Of a stretch of DNA of 64,000 bases, positions 27,896 through 40,073 are shown in pieces. The DNA is taken from assembly GCA_965112155.1 (NCBI GenBank), contig OZ218104.1; one strand, 5' to 3'. A program made the position numbers and the translations under genes. The DNA comes from Podarcis liolepis (lineage: Eukaryota). How positions within the stretch are numbered: position 1 is the first letter of the stretch; every line of letters begins with the position of its first letter. The notes below the pieces were generated by a model. That model did not search any database. It was not told where the DNA came from and saw only the letters and a program-made list of their open reading frames with translations.

Positions 27896-28373
27896 CTGAG
27901 GGTCCCTGCCTGCCCGTCTTCCCTCCTGCCTGCCTGCCTCCACTCCTGCTGCAGGGAGTTGGGCTCACAGGGCCTGTGCCTTGCCAGCCCCTGTCCACTG
28001 GCTCAACACCACTTCTGTGTGCCACAGCCTCTGAAGCCCCCGCACAACCATGACACTTGCCTGGAAGTAGATCCCCACAGAGACACTCCTCCTCTGCAGG
28101 CCCCCTCCTGCCTGTGCCCAGGGCAGCCAAAGAACTCCAGCAGGCGCTGCTGGCGCTGGGTGCTCCTGGCAGCCTCTGCAGTGGTGTGGTGTTGCTGGAG
28201 CCTCCCAGATGCCCTTCAGAAAGACCTGCCAGCCCTCCCAACCTGTCCTTCTGCAGAGACCGTTCTGAGTCCTGGGCTGGGACAGGCCACCGTGGGCACC
28301 CGTCTCCCCCTTTCCCCCACCCATGTCCTCCTGTGCCTGTTTGACATTCATAAGTTATTATACCTTTTGTATG

Positions 28374-28379
28374 AATAAA
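28374..28379 (+). terminator. AATAAA polyadenylation signal of TAT
   Basis: About 480 nt after the TAT stop, with downstream TG/T-rich sequence. Confidence 0.7.
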
Positions 28380-28693
28380 TGCATGAAAAATACCTGGCCT
28401 TGTGACAAGATCTGGCTTTCTTTCCTCTGTGTGTCAAACTCTCTTCCAGCAGCAGCAGCCGCTGCTGCAAGCAAAGCAAAAGCCAGGGGAAGACTCAGGG
28501 AGGCCTGGGCACTGCAGGAGTTCTTGGGACTCCTGACCTGATATGGAGTCCCAGCAGGAGTGACACCTGCTTCTCGCTTTTCCAATTTGGCCAAGGACAG
28601 GGTGGAAGGAAGAAGGAAAGAAGCCCCAGAGACATACCCATCTCCTCTTCTGAGTGTCCTTCACACCTTCAGACCTATAAACAGCAATGTGGT

Positions 28694-28792
28694 TTAATAA
28701 TTATTATAATATTTATATTTATTTATTTATTTATTATAATCTTTATTATAATCTTTATTATAATCTTTATTATAATCTTTATTATAATAATT
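28694..28792. repeat. AT-rich tandem repeat, 12-bp unit ttattataatct
   Basis: About 4-5 tandem copies embedded in a (TTA/TTTA)-rich tract. Confidence 0.85.
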
Positions 28793-28852
28793 CCCTCTTC
28801 CCAGGAAACTCGGAGAACTGTGGCTCTGTGAAGGGAATAGGTGTCATCTAAC

Positions 28853-29210
28853 CAGGGGTGGAGGAAGGGTGGCAGTGGGGGCGGGGCGCCCCAAGTGTCA
28901 CCACTGGGGTGTGTGTGGCAAAATGCCAGGCAGCACTCACCGCAGGGCCTGCAGCATGCCCGAGCCACGCGTCTCTCCTGAGAGTGACGTGGTGGCTTGG
29001 GCACCCGCAGGCTCCGAGCTGCCCCAAATGGTCTGCCCGCTGCCTCCCCCTCAGCTGTAGGGCAGCTGAGTGGGAGGAGGCAGGCAGACTCCTCGGAGGC
29101 CCCGCAGAGCATCCTGCCCCAGCTGCCTTGCCCCACAGGTAGCTGGCCCTGCCACTGGGCGCAGGGCACGCGTGCCGCCCCAGACACCCAATCAGCTTGC
29201 TTCACCACTA
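28853..29210. mobile_element. GC-rich hAT(Tip100)-like MITE
   Basis: 5' end caggggtggaggaagggtggcagtgggggcggggcgccccaagtgtcacc resembles the reverse complement of the element end at 45270-45322; ends ccacta; partial TSD (ctaac). Confidence 0.5.
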
Positions 29211-30270
29211 CCTAACAAGTCTCAATACCCTTAACAAACTAGATTGTTTCCTGGAAGCCACGACTGTTTAAATTGGCATGATGCTACTTTTAATGTATAG
29301 GAGCAGATGAGAAGTATAGTGTACAACAAGATATACCAGCACTGAGCAGTTAAAATAAACAAAGGTAGTGCCAGAAAGGCAAATAAAAAGTCATTCACCA
29401 GGTGTCAGAGTTTCCTGAGGGAGAGCAGTCCCATTTCAGGGGTCCACACATCCTGAACGGTCCTTTCCTGGCCATCTGTACTTCACTCCAAAATGAGGAG
29501 GTGCTTTGGGGCAGCCCTTTACTGCAGTAGTATTAGCCCTGCAACCTAGCATGGGCATGTTCGCCTCTCTGGAGATGGGGATATTATTATGGGAAAGTTC
29601 ATCTAAAGCAGAATGCGAACTGGTCTAGTGTAATCATTTTCTCGGTGAACTGGGACTGCAATGGCAAAAAAAGGAGGTTGGGTGGAATCTCTTGTGTTGA
29701 CTGAGCACCCGTTTCCAGCAGTGAACAGCCAAATTGAGCAGGACATAATCTCCACTCACCAGCTGATTCAGGAATGGTTTGCACTGCAACCTCCTGCTAA
29801 AACAGAGGCCTCCCCCCTGCCCTGTTTTAGCAGAAGTTTCTATGCAAACTTGCATAGGATCCCCTGCTAAAACTATGGCAACCCTCTCTTTTTTAGCAGG
29901 GAGTTCTGAGACACACCCATTCCTGAATCAGGAACGTGTGTGCATCAGAATCTCGTACTGAAACAGATGGTTTTTTAAGCCATCATTTTAGCGGGGGATC
30001 TATAGTTACACCTACAAGGATGAGAAAAGAAACCATCTCTTTTGGAAGCACTTTGACATCCTGATTTTGGGACTTCAAAGTACTTTGCACATGACTTTGT
30101 TGTGCCATCATGTGATTGACAAGTTGGTGCTCCCACCCCACCAAATTTGGCCTGTGAGGCTGATCTGGATAAGGATCTACCCCATGGAGTCACAAAGGTT
30201 CCCCTTCCTCCTGCTAATAAAAAGGTTAAGGGATCTTTGCATTTTCCCCTCTCTGCATTTGTTTCACAGT

Positions 30271-30459
30271 GACATAGGAAGCTGCCTTGTACACAGTGTC
30301 TAGCTCAGTTGTCTACACTGACTGAGTGTGGCTCTCCAGGGTTTCAAAACGAGGACATTCCTGGCCATACCTGGCGATGCTACTGGGGAAGGTGTGTTGT
30401 CTTTGAATGTGGCACAGCTTCTGCATGCCACGCAGCTGCTCTGCCACAGAGCTACAGTC
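30271..30459 (-). mobile_element. Squam3-like SINE
   Basis: gacataggaagctgcc...ctagctcagttgtctacactgactg...ttctgcatgc...ctgccacagagctac. Confidence 0.7.
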
Positions 30460-31729
30460 TTTCCTCCGAAGAGAAACTTCCTGTTTAAAAGAAGACAATA
30501 TTCTTACAAAAGGTCATGTTTTACTGACAGCTGTAAATGTTGAGTCAGTTTATAACTCTTTATGTGCTTTTTTTATATGTTGACGTATTTTATTCAGGGG
30601 CTCTGGTGGCACTCCCTGGTAAATAACATATAACTTGGCTCCATCAAACATTAGCAGGAATCTCTCTTAAGCCCTGGCACAGGACCTTCCCACCGGCTTG
30701 TCACAGAGGCTGCTTTTCTCCTGCTTCTTCCAGCACTGCAAAGCAGCCCAGTCCAATTGCACTGCGTTCCTCTCCATTCCAAAATTTCTGGCTCTCTAGA
30801 GTCACTTCTGGGCTGTTCTTCTGCCTCTCCTGGCCCTTTGATGGCAAGATAAAATTCCTGGGTAAACAGCCAAGGGTCCTTGCATATCCTGTCTAGTGCT
30901 GGGTGAGATGAGGGCTGATTTGGGCCAGAGGGAAGAGCCCTGCCCTGGTAGGCAACCTCCTTGGGATGCAGCAGTGGCGTACCACATGTTGCCAGTGCCT
31001 GGGGCAAGGCAAGAATGACTCCCCCTAACCTTATTGTGGACATCACACTGGAGGCAACAAGTGGACTTCATTTGCTGTGCCCCTATGGTGGCTGCTCCTT
31101 GCAGAGGTCGTTGTATGGTAGCCACATTTGCCCTCTCAGCTCAGCGAGGTCTGGTGGAAGTGGTGGCTGGCGCTCCTTGGCAGGCTTGGTGGCATCCCAG
31201 CAGTGCTGGAGCCACAGCTGCATCAGGTCTAGGAGGAGGGTGGAGGAGAGCAGGCTGAGGTGCCAAGCGCAGCCCTTCTCCAGCCACTGCCTCTTGGTCA
31301 TGAGGCATGAGGACAAGCACCAGCGGGTTCCAGGCGAATGGGTGGCTCTCCTCTCTGCATTCCCCCTGCAGGGTACATGCCTCGTCCAAAGGTACACGCT
31401 GGGAGGTAGACCCTGGGGAAGGACTGGTGCAGACTGGAAAAAGTCTGAGCTCCCTCTGGTGGGAGTTCTGCCCAGGGGTTGCTGACCCTTTGCCAGCTGC
31501 AAGGAGATGGAGGCCTGGGCGTGGCTCACCTCTTCACAGGTCTGGAAGGTGGCAGCCACACAGCCTTGGCAAGGAAGCCTGTTGTAGGGGAGCTGGGCCG
31601 CTCCTCCTCAGAATTCTGCGCCCGGGGCCATGGCCACCGTCGCCCCCCACATGATGCCACTGGGATGCACTGAGATTCTGGTTTCACTTGAGGGCATGAA
31701 GAAGGGGAGCACTGTGGAAGCTTTTCCAT

Positions 31730-32106
31730 TGTTATATACTGAGCTGAATCCTAGAACAATAGGATCCAGAATACAGCAGTCTGATTGGTCCACAGGAGCC
31801 ACCCAATCCAGCTCCAGGTGGAAGTGAATCAGCAACCTGATTGGCCTGCAGGAGCAGCCAATCAGGCTCCTGGATGAAGTGAATCAGCAACCTGATTGAC
31901 CTGCAGGAGCAGCCAATCAGGCTTCTGGAGGAGGTGAATCCGAAACCTGATTGGCCTACAGGAGCAGCCTGGAATCAGCCAATCACGCGAGGCCCATTGT
32001 GTAAATAATGTATATATAGCTAGACATTTTGGGGAAAGTTTCATTCATTGCTACTATGAACTGAATAAAGAGCATGAAATTCACACTCGACTCCAAGTGT
32101 ATTTCA
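31730..32106 (+). mobile_element. Solo LTR (377 bp) with an internal 55-bp tandem array
   Basis: TG...CA termini, 5-bp TSD tccat/tccac, three 55-bp units (31821, 31876, 31931) carrying ATTGG and CCAAT, TATATATA near 32011, AATAAA near 32064. Confidence 0.8.
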
Positions 32107-32299
32107 TCCACCATCCATGAACTTGCCCAGAGAAGCTTACCCTTATGAACAGCTCTCCCCCAAGCAGCAGCCGTTGAAGATTTCATTCATACTCCTCCCA
32201 CCAATTTGCTTGCATTTGGGTCCCTAGCTTTGCGCTAATCTCTTTTTCTGTCATTTGATCCAAGAAGTTAATCTTCCTGTACTTTGTGTTCACAAAGCC

Positions 32300-35200
32300 A
32301 GTAATGTCAGATAATCCGTTTCGCAAATATCACAGTTAGAGGAGGAATTTTGTCAAGCATCAGGACTAGAAGAAAACCATTGGGTCATTTTGTCCAACGC
32401 CCCACCATGAGCTCACCCCACTGTGAGCTCGTCCACACTTCTGCTTGCTCCACCACTTACCCCCAGGGAAACCTGTTCTTTACCACTGAATCATAGCAAA
32501 TGGCAACTGGGTTTTCTTCAGGTTGATGTTTACTCCAATTCAGCTCCAAAACAGTGGGTTTTCTCAGGGAAAGCAGCAGGGCAAATAGAAAAATACTCAG
32601 ACCTGTGCCTAGAAAGCATGAGCCTAGTGGAAAACCTAGGCCAAGGGTGGGAAGTGTATACAAAAGCATGGGAGATCTTGGATACCTCTGTTCTTCCAGA
32701 CTTCTGTTTTTGGGAACGTAGATCCCAGGATCCAGTAATTAATCTGGCTGCTCTGCGACTCACCAAGCTGACCACCACCAGGGCCCTGACGTGGCTCAAT
32801 TGGCTAACTGATTGGAAGGCTCTGGGAATTTTACCTATATCTCCCCGCAGGGAAATAGTATGGTGGACTATATTCTGATACCCACTAATTTGATGCCCTA
32901 CGTGACTGAGTTTTACATAGGTGATCCTATGCTCAGTGACATTGCAAACTTGTCTTTCCATTGAGGAAGTCAGAACAATTAATTAATCCATCCCCCCAGG
33001 AACCGAGTCTCCAGCACGCAAGGATACAAGTTAACGAGCATACACTATCTCTTTTCCAAAGCTTGGTGAATTCTGACCATGTGACTCATTTGTTTTCGGT
33101 AGAGAAAGGTGAACTTTCCTCTGTTGTTGGAGTCACTCGGTTTGAGGAATTTATTGACACTTTAACAACTGAACTGTCTCATTTACACTCGCACAGGCCA
33201 CCTAAGAAGAGGGGGATTGACAACTGGACTGACAAAGAAATCATAGCAATTAAAACCGAGGTCAGGAGAATCTATAGAGAGTTCAGAGAGACAGACAGCT
33301 CTCGATTGCCTGACATTTACTTCTCCAGATCTCGACAACTTAGGGAAACTATCCAGCTCAGCCGGATAAGATATAGTCAGGCATGTTGGGATATGCTACT
33401 CTCAACCATCCTAAAGAAAGATCATAAGAAATTTTGGGAGGCTGTAGCAGACTCCCCACAGACACAGGATGATTCGCTGACGTTGATTCCATCATTGTCA
33501 TGGGTAGAGCATTTTAAAGCGGTTTTCTTTAATGACTGTATTCCACCTGATAGTCAGGACCATACCAATTTTACTTACGTGGATGAGTGGGCCCCCTGTC
33601 TCCATCACCAAAGTTCTAACTTTAATTGACCAGATGAATGCAGGGAAGGCTGCCGGCCCTGATGCTATTCCATCTGAATTGATCAAAGCCAAGCCAGAGT
33701 GGTGGGCTCCAATACTAGTGGAACTATTCACTATGATAGATAGATCTGGTATTATACCTAACTCATGGCAGCAATCTATAATTATCCCAATCTTTAAAAA
33801 GGGTGACAAAAAGCTGACATCAAATTATTGGCCAATGTCTACTGTCAAACAATGGGAAACTGTATGCTAAACATCTGTTAAATAAACTAACTACTTGGCT
33901 TGATGAGAATAACATCATAGGTCCAAAGCAGGCAGGGTTCAGGCCGGGGAAATCTACTTAACGCAACTGTTTGGTGTTATCTCATTTAGCCACTACGTAC
34001 ACGCAACTTCATAAAGAGTGTCTTTATGTGGCCTTCCTTGATATCAAGGCTGCTTCTGACACTAGGGGGCTGTTATGGTCCAAATTGGAGACAATGGGCC
34101 TGGAACCTAGATTACTTTACTTGATCAAAAAACTTTACACAAAGAACATCTGTCGCATAAGAACAATACCAGAGAATGTAATGACAGATCCTGTCATTAT
34201 AAACAGGTGTAAAGCAGGGCTATGTACTCCCTCCCTCTCTTTTTAATCTTTTTCTTAACGACCTCACTTCTTTACTAAAACAGCTGGATGCCCACAGCCC
34301 AAAACTCAAGACATCAAGCTTTCCCATCCTTCTATATGCAGATGATATGATTTTGCTTTCACAGACAAGAACTGGCCTAAAACGTTTGTTAAATTCCTGT
34401 ATTGACTATCTGTCCAGAATGAAATTGTGCATGAACTTTGATAAAAGCAAAATAATGTTTTTTGGGAATTCATGCAAAAGCTATAGCTGGGTATTTGGTG
34501 GAAAACACATCCAGCAGGTATTCAAATTCAACTACCTGGGAATCACATTCCATCATGGGCTTCTATGGTCCTCGCACCGTGCAACAGCGGTGAATGCCAG
34601 TAAGATGTCTATGCAGGCCATAATGCATTTCTTTATAACAAGAGGTAATTCACATACCCCCTCTGCTCTCAAGGTCTTCAGCGCCAAAGTTATAGCTCAA
34701 TTGCTCTACGGCATTCCAGTCTGGCTGCCAGGGTAGAACGAGTGCAGGCAGCTTTCCTTTTTAAGAATTTTGCCTTCCCACATTGTGTAGCCTTTGCAGC
34801 CTTGTGTCTAGAGGGAGGTCAACACAAGATAGAGACCATAGCTGGGCGAGATTTCTTACATGCTGGTTAAACATCTGCCTCACAACAGATAAAGATCCTC
34901 TCCTTAGTGAAGTTTTGCTAGATCCCTTTCTTTCCTTAGGGCTAAAACGGTTTAACATAAAGGTACAGCAACTTGGGCTGTCAGTGGAATTTTGCAATCG
35001 ATGTCCCCACCATCTGCCAGGGCTATAATAAAAACTAGGTTGTGGGACATTGAACGCCAGGAACTAACAGCAGCAGCAGCAGCAGAGAAAACATGACCCC
35101 CTCTTAACTTTCAACTTTATTGGGCACATGAAATTAACCACAATTATCTTGAATTTTTGCTTAATCCTCAAGAAAGAAGGGCATTTTTGCTGGCCTGGTT

Positions 35201-35643
35201 TAATTCAAATCCTTCAACCCTCCTATGAGGAAGGTTCTCGAGAATGGTGGAAGGAGAAAGAATTTGCCCATGTGAAGACCATCAGGTGGAAACTCTTACA
35301 CATATGGTTCTTAAATGTAAACTACCGGTATACGTTGATCTCCGGCAGCAGTTCCTAGATCAACTCTGCATCCCCAAATGGAAACCAGAGTTAGAGGTCA
35401 TATATTTTCTATTATTGGGGAATAATCAGGAGCTCACCAAGTTAGTGGCTAAATATCTTTATCTGGTTTTTGTTGTCGAAACACACTGCAGACGTCTGAT
35501 CTCCCTGGAGACATGTAATGTTAGACTGCTCTGCCTCTTTCATCTGACAAATGTTTTGTGTCACTGGGAAGGCGCTAATTCTGTACTGATTTGCTATGGA
35601 TGTTTGTATGTGATGCCAATAAAAGGTTTGATGATGATGATGA
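32300..35643 (+). mobile_element. Decayed non-LTR retrotransposon (RTE-X-like) ORF2: APE endonuclease, reverse transcriptase, C-terminal Cys motif
   Basis: Frameshifted motifs FTYISPQGNSMVDYIL (EN), KAAGPDAIPSELIK, IIPIFKKGD, QAGFRPGKST, LYVAFLDIKAA, LLYADD, FNYLGITF, ERICPC...ETLTHMVLKC; 3' aataaa plus (tga)n tail. 5' boundary and clade approximate. Confidence 0.85.
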
Positions 35644-37487
35644 AAACCTATTGGACACACCTTTTAGGCACAGGACAAACAAAGTGTGGGCAAATCCTTA
35701 GGCAATGAGGATGCCTGTCCTACATCAGTAGCCACCAGCCGGATGGCTGAACAAAAACAAAAGCCCAAGTGCGGGAAGCCTCAGCCTCTGTGCTTGGCAG
35801 TAGAAGGAGCCCGGCCCTTACTGCCCATCCATCAGTGCCCATTCAGCCACCGCTGGGCTCTCAGCTTCCTGGACCAGGCCTGGCTGCTTTCCAGTTTCCC
35901 AGCAGAAGGTTACTGTTGGACGGAGACTGATGTCTTAGTAGGAAGGGTTTGGTTTACAGGGTGTGCCAGATCCTCGCAGGGTCAGTCTTAACCTTCCTAT
36001 AGAAACTTCTGGCTGTTGCCAAGTTCAGGGGCTGCTCACTTTTCCTGCCCCTTCCCTTTCCCATCCCTCTCCCTCCAAGGCCAAGCCTTCTCCTGCCCTA
36101 TGCAGACTCTGCTAGATCAAAAGGCGAGGCATGCCCGCATAAAAGAGATCACAAGAGTCAAAGAGGGGAAGGGGACAAGGAAAGCTTCTTAGCATGTACG
36201 TTTCCTAGCATTTTAGGCTACAGTACCAAGTCACCCAACCAGTGAGCAAAGTGAGAGCACTTGCCTATGTAGTGCCCCCTCCACCTTTTCTGCATTTCTC
36301 TGCCCATGCACAGACCCACAGGCAAATGCTCAGCAGCAAGGTTACCTCTCCAGGGAACAAGAGGCACGGCCTTTCCCTGGATCTCAATGTAGCAGCCCTT
36401 GCAGCTTGCCTGGCTCCCACCCTGCAGTAGGGCAGCACCCTCTGGAGCTGCTCTTTTGGAAGTCTGTGACCCAGAGAGAAGGAGCACCAAGGGTTGCCAG
36501 AGAGGGTGTGGACATTGGCCATGAAGGTGGTCTTGCAGCTCTGGTGGTGGCAGTCAAGAGGGGAGCTTGCCATGCCTTGGATGCTGCACCAGGCTGCAGT
36601 GAAGCTTTGGGCTGGCATTGGTGGGCAGGAGCACCTCAGGGCATTGTGTCACACTGCCCTGGGATTGGGATTCCAACCCTCTTTCCTACAGGCATCTTTT
36701 GTTTCCTCCACACAGAAGAGCTGTGCTGGCCGAATAGCTCCTTCCCACCCCCGCCCTCTCAGCACACACCTCCATAGGTTGGAGCAGGTGCCTCTCCTGT
36801 GTGTTCCCTCCTTTCCTCCTGACAGCAGCCTTCACACCACAGAGCACCCAGCAGTGCAGGACTGGGCCGATCTGCTGCCAGGGAACAACCAGCTCTTCCT
36901 GTTGCTTGTGGCTCCTCAAGGAAGCTGGGCTTGCGACCCCAGGAGGCCCCTGGATCAACGGGAGGTGAGTGAGACGGGAGGCTCTGTGGGAGAAAAGTGT
37001 GCACCTGCCAGTGGGAGAGCATGTGTCTGTTTCCGCCATGCTGCTTGGATGCCCAGGATCAAAGAGGGAGACACTGACCTGCATTAACAAGTGATCCGAT
37101 CCCTATCGGATGAAAACTCTGCCAGGGATCTGGCATAAGGAACAGCAGAGGTAAAGGCCTAGGGGTGCGTTGCAGGGTATTTTACAGCCTGCTTAACAAG
37201 TGAAATAAAACCCCACCCTTCTTCCCATAAGATGGAAGGCGTTGCCCCAACGGCCCCTGGAAGATGAGAGGCAAAGAGGGCAGCTGCTTCCTTCACTGCA
37301 GAGAAGCTATACGCTGGCCACCAGCTGTGTGCAGCCCTGGGCTGTCCTCTGCTTAAGCAGCTGGTGAATGCAGTGGCCACAGAAGGAGAAGTCCAAGGGA
37401 GGGTAACGGGGTGGGAGCCCAGTGGAAGATGCAGCAGGGAGGGAACTGTTCCCAGCCACACAAAAATATTGTGGGTACATTCATATA

Positions 37488-37835
37488 AAGGTAAAAGTAA
37501 AGGGACCCCTGACCATTAGGTCCAGTCGTGACCGACTCTGGGGTTGCGGCGCTCATCTCGCTTTATTGGCCGAGGGAGCTGGCGTTTGTCCACAGCTTCC
37601 GGGTCATGTGGCCAGCATGACTGGCAAACCAGAGCAGCACACAGAAACGCCGTTTACCTTCCCACTGGAGCGGTACCTATTTATCTACTTGCACTTTGTT
37701 CTTTTGAACTGCTAGGTTGGCAGAAGCTGGGACCGAACAACAGGAGCTCACCCCATTGCAGGGATTCGAACCGCCAGCCTTCTGATCGGTAAGTCCTAGG
37801 CTCTGTGGTTTAACCCACAGCGCCACCCGCGTCCC
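37488..37835 (-). mobile_element. Full-length Sauria SINE (Squam1/POMSINE-type)
   Basis: Minus strand reads GGGACGCGGGTGGCGCTGTGGGTTAAACC...GGTTCGAATCCC...CAACCCCAGAGTCGGTCACGACTGGACC...CCCTTTACTTTTACCTT; 12-bp TSD tacattcatata (37476-37487, 37838-37849). Confidence 0.92.
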
Positions 37836-38284
37836 TATACATTCATATAGACCTTCCTAAAACTCCCAGGTGTCAGATCCGGACTGCTGAGAGCCGGCTG
37901 GGCAGAATATGCTCTTGCAGCTTGTCCTGACACAGCTGCCCCTCTTGGAATTAACCTGGCAGTGTGTGAAACTGACTTGTGTGTGGAAAGGGGAGGGAAC
38001 ACCCTGCATGGTTCGTCTGTTCAAGAGGCTCTGTTTCTGCTCCCGTGTTGAGGCTGCCGACAACCTGGGGTTTTGCTTTCTTGACTGGATGTTTTCATCT
38101 GTGCAGAAGAGGCACTGCTAGCTAGCTAGCTTGCCTTCCCAGATGCCTTAGGTATTAATTTGCCCTGGCTGCACGAGACTGGCTTCTGAGATTGAAGGGC
38201 TGAGATAGCAGGTCTATTGCTTCTCTGGAGGCAGCTCAGAAGCCTTTAGTGATTCAGGAGCCTCTGGTGAGGTTTTTTGGATGT

Positions 38285-38328
38285 AGTGTGCGTGTGTGTG
38301 CGCGTGTGCGTGCGCATGTGCGTGCGTG
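38285..38328. repeat. Alternating purine-pyrimidine (TG/CG)n microsatellite
   Basis: gtgtgcgtgtgtgtgcgcgtgtgcgtgcgcatgtgcgtgcgtg. Confidence 0.85.
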
Positions 38329-39628
38329 AACACATGCTTTATTTGCACTTGGGGGTGTTTAGGTGCTTGCCTATTGTTGATTCTGAGGCTCACCAGTTCC
38401 TATTGACACTAATATTTTGTGATGATCATAAGAGATTCTTAGATTCCCAAAAGTGCCTCTTGCGCCTGTTCTGTGCTATATTGCTTAATAATTTTATCTT
38501 TGATAATGCTTTCCACCCGTTTACTCAGAACCAACATTATGCTAACCAGATTGTAATTCCCCCCTGCATTCCCATTTTAAAAAGGTCAGGTGGCATCTAT
38601 AAGGCAAGCAACACGGTGGGATTGGCACTGCATGCCACAATGCAGCCTCTTCCCCACCCCACAGGTATGGAATTCCCAGGAGGATGTCTATTTTAAAAGC
38701 ACAAGGGCATTGATTTCCCTTTGGGGATGGCAGCATTAGTGGCTATAGGCATTTGCTCCCCTGGTCTCTGAGACAGCTCCCACCAAAAACCTCAGAGACT
38801 GCCAAGCTCTGACCCCTCCCCTGCCAACTCCTCACTCAGTTTAGGAACTAGCGGTTTGTATATGTTTCTTCAAAACCAGTGAAATGAACATGGTGCCCAT
38901 GAATAATTTCTGAGCAATTCAAAGAGCTTAAGAGTAATAATTTGGAGTACTCCCTGCTAAGGATTGCAGTGATATAAATGTGGGAGAAGGGCTTTCCCAA
39001 AGTCTCATCTTGTGTTCCCCCTCCCATATATGCTGTGAAGAGAAACCACGTGTCAACAAAATGGTCGCCCTGCACCGCTCTGCATAGACTGTGTTGTTGC
39101 ATCTTTACTGCTTCTGTGTTACTTTTATGATAGTGCAATTTGCCATACTTCATCCAGCCTGAGACTCCCACTGATGAGCAATTTCCAGACGGGTAAGATC
39201 CAGAAGAAATACCATGAGATAGTTATGACAAAATAGGGTAGTAAAGGACTGCAGTGGGATCAGGATCTATTGGTTGCTTCATAATTCCTGCAATTTCAGC
39301 AAGACTCCCTGCCCAAAGCACACAGATCCAGGGGCAATGCCACCATGTGTAGCAGAATGTCCTCATTTTGCTGCCACCCCTCCAGCATTGTGGAGAAAGG
39401 TTTTTGTTGATGTGCCATAATGGGTTAATCAGGATGCTTGGGATGCAGTACCATCAATATGCTGTTTTGAGCACGTCTTTATGAAGTGGGGCTCTCAGGG
39501 GCTGCCTAGACCCATTTCCCCTGCCATTTTGTCTTCTGCCCAGACCCAATTCCCAGATTGCCATCAGGTTAGTTGTTTCTCTACAATTCCTATTTAACCT
39601 ATTTCCTATTTAACCTATTTCCCTGTTC

Positions 39629-39755
39629 AGGGAAGTTTTTAATATGTAACGCTGTACTGTTTTTAACACTGATTGGGAGCCGCCCAGAGTGGCTGGGGAA
39701 ACTCAGCCAGATGGGTGGGATATAAATAATGAATTATTATTATTATTATTATTAT
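39629..39755 (+). mobile_element. 3' end of an L2/CR1-like LINE with (TTA)n tail
   Basis: gggaagtttttaat...gggagccgcccagagtggctggggaaactcagccagatggg...ataaataat(tta)n; a related, more decayed end lies at about 44571-44690. Confidence 0.6.
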
Positions 39756-40073
39756 AACCATTCTTTATATGACTGACAACGCACCCTTTCAAAGTGACAG
39801 CTGAACATCATGGACCTAAGAATATTATCTGTTCTGGCCAACTTATTTGCAAAAGCCAGAATTTGTCCAAGTTGTAACCAATGGATTTTATGAGCCCTTA
39901 GACTGTCTATAAGTGCTTTTCCAGTTAGCACTCAAACAGCTCTCCAGTTCTGAATACAGGATGGGTGTTGAAAGGTCTTGGCCCTAGGAGCATAGTGGTT
40001 CAATTCTCTGAAATGTGCTCTCTTTCTCTCCCTCTTTCTCTCTCTTTACCTACCCTCAAGGCTTTGGGCTGCC

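Noticed and set aside
30650-31700. Cluster of 100-170 aa ORFs downstream of TAT (also 36200-37100)
   Set aside because: No recognisable domain or consistent exon chain; GC-rich intergenic sequence.
31821-31985. Regular repeats resembling a CRISPR array
   Set aside because: Tandem 55-bp units with no unique spacers, inside a eukaryotic LTR, with no cas genes.
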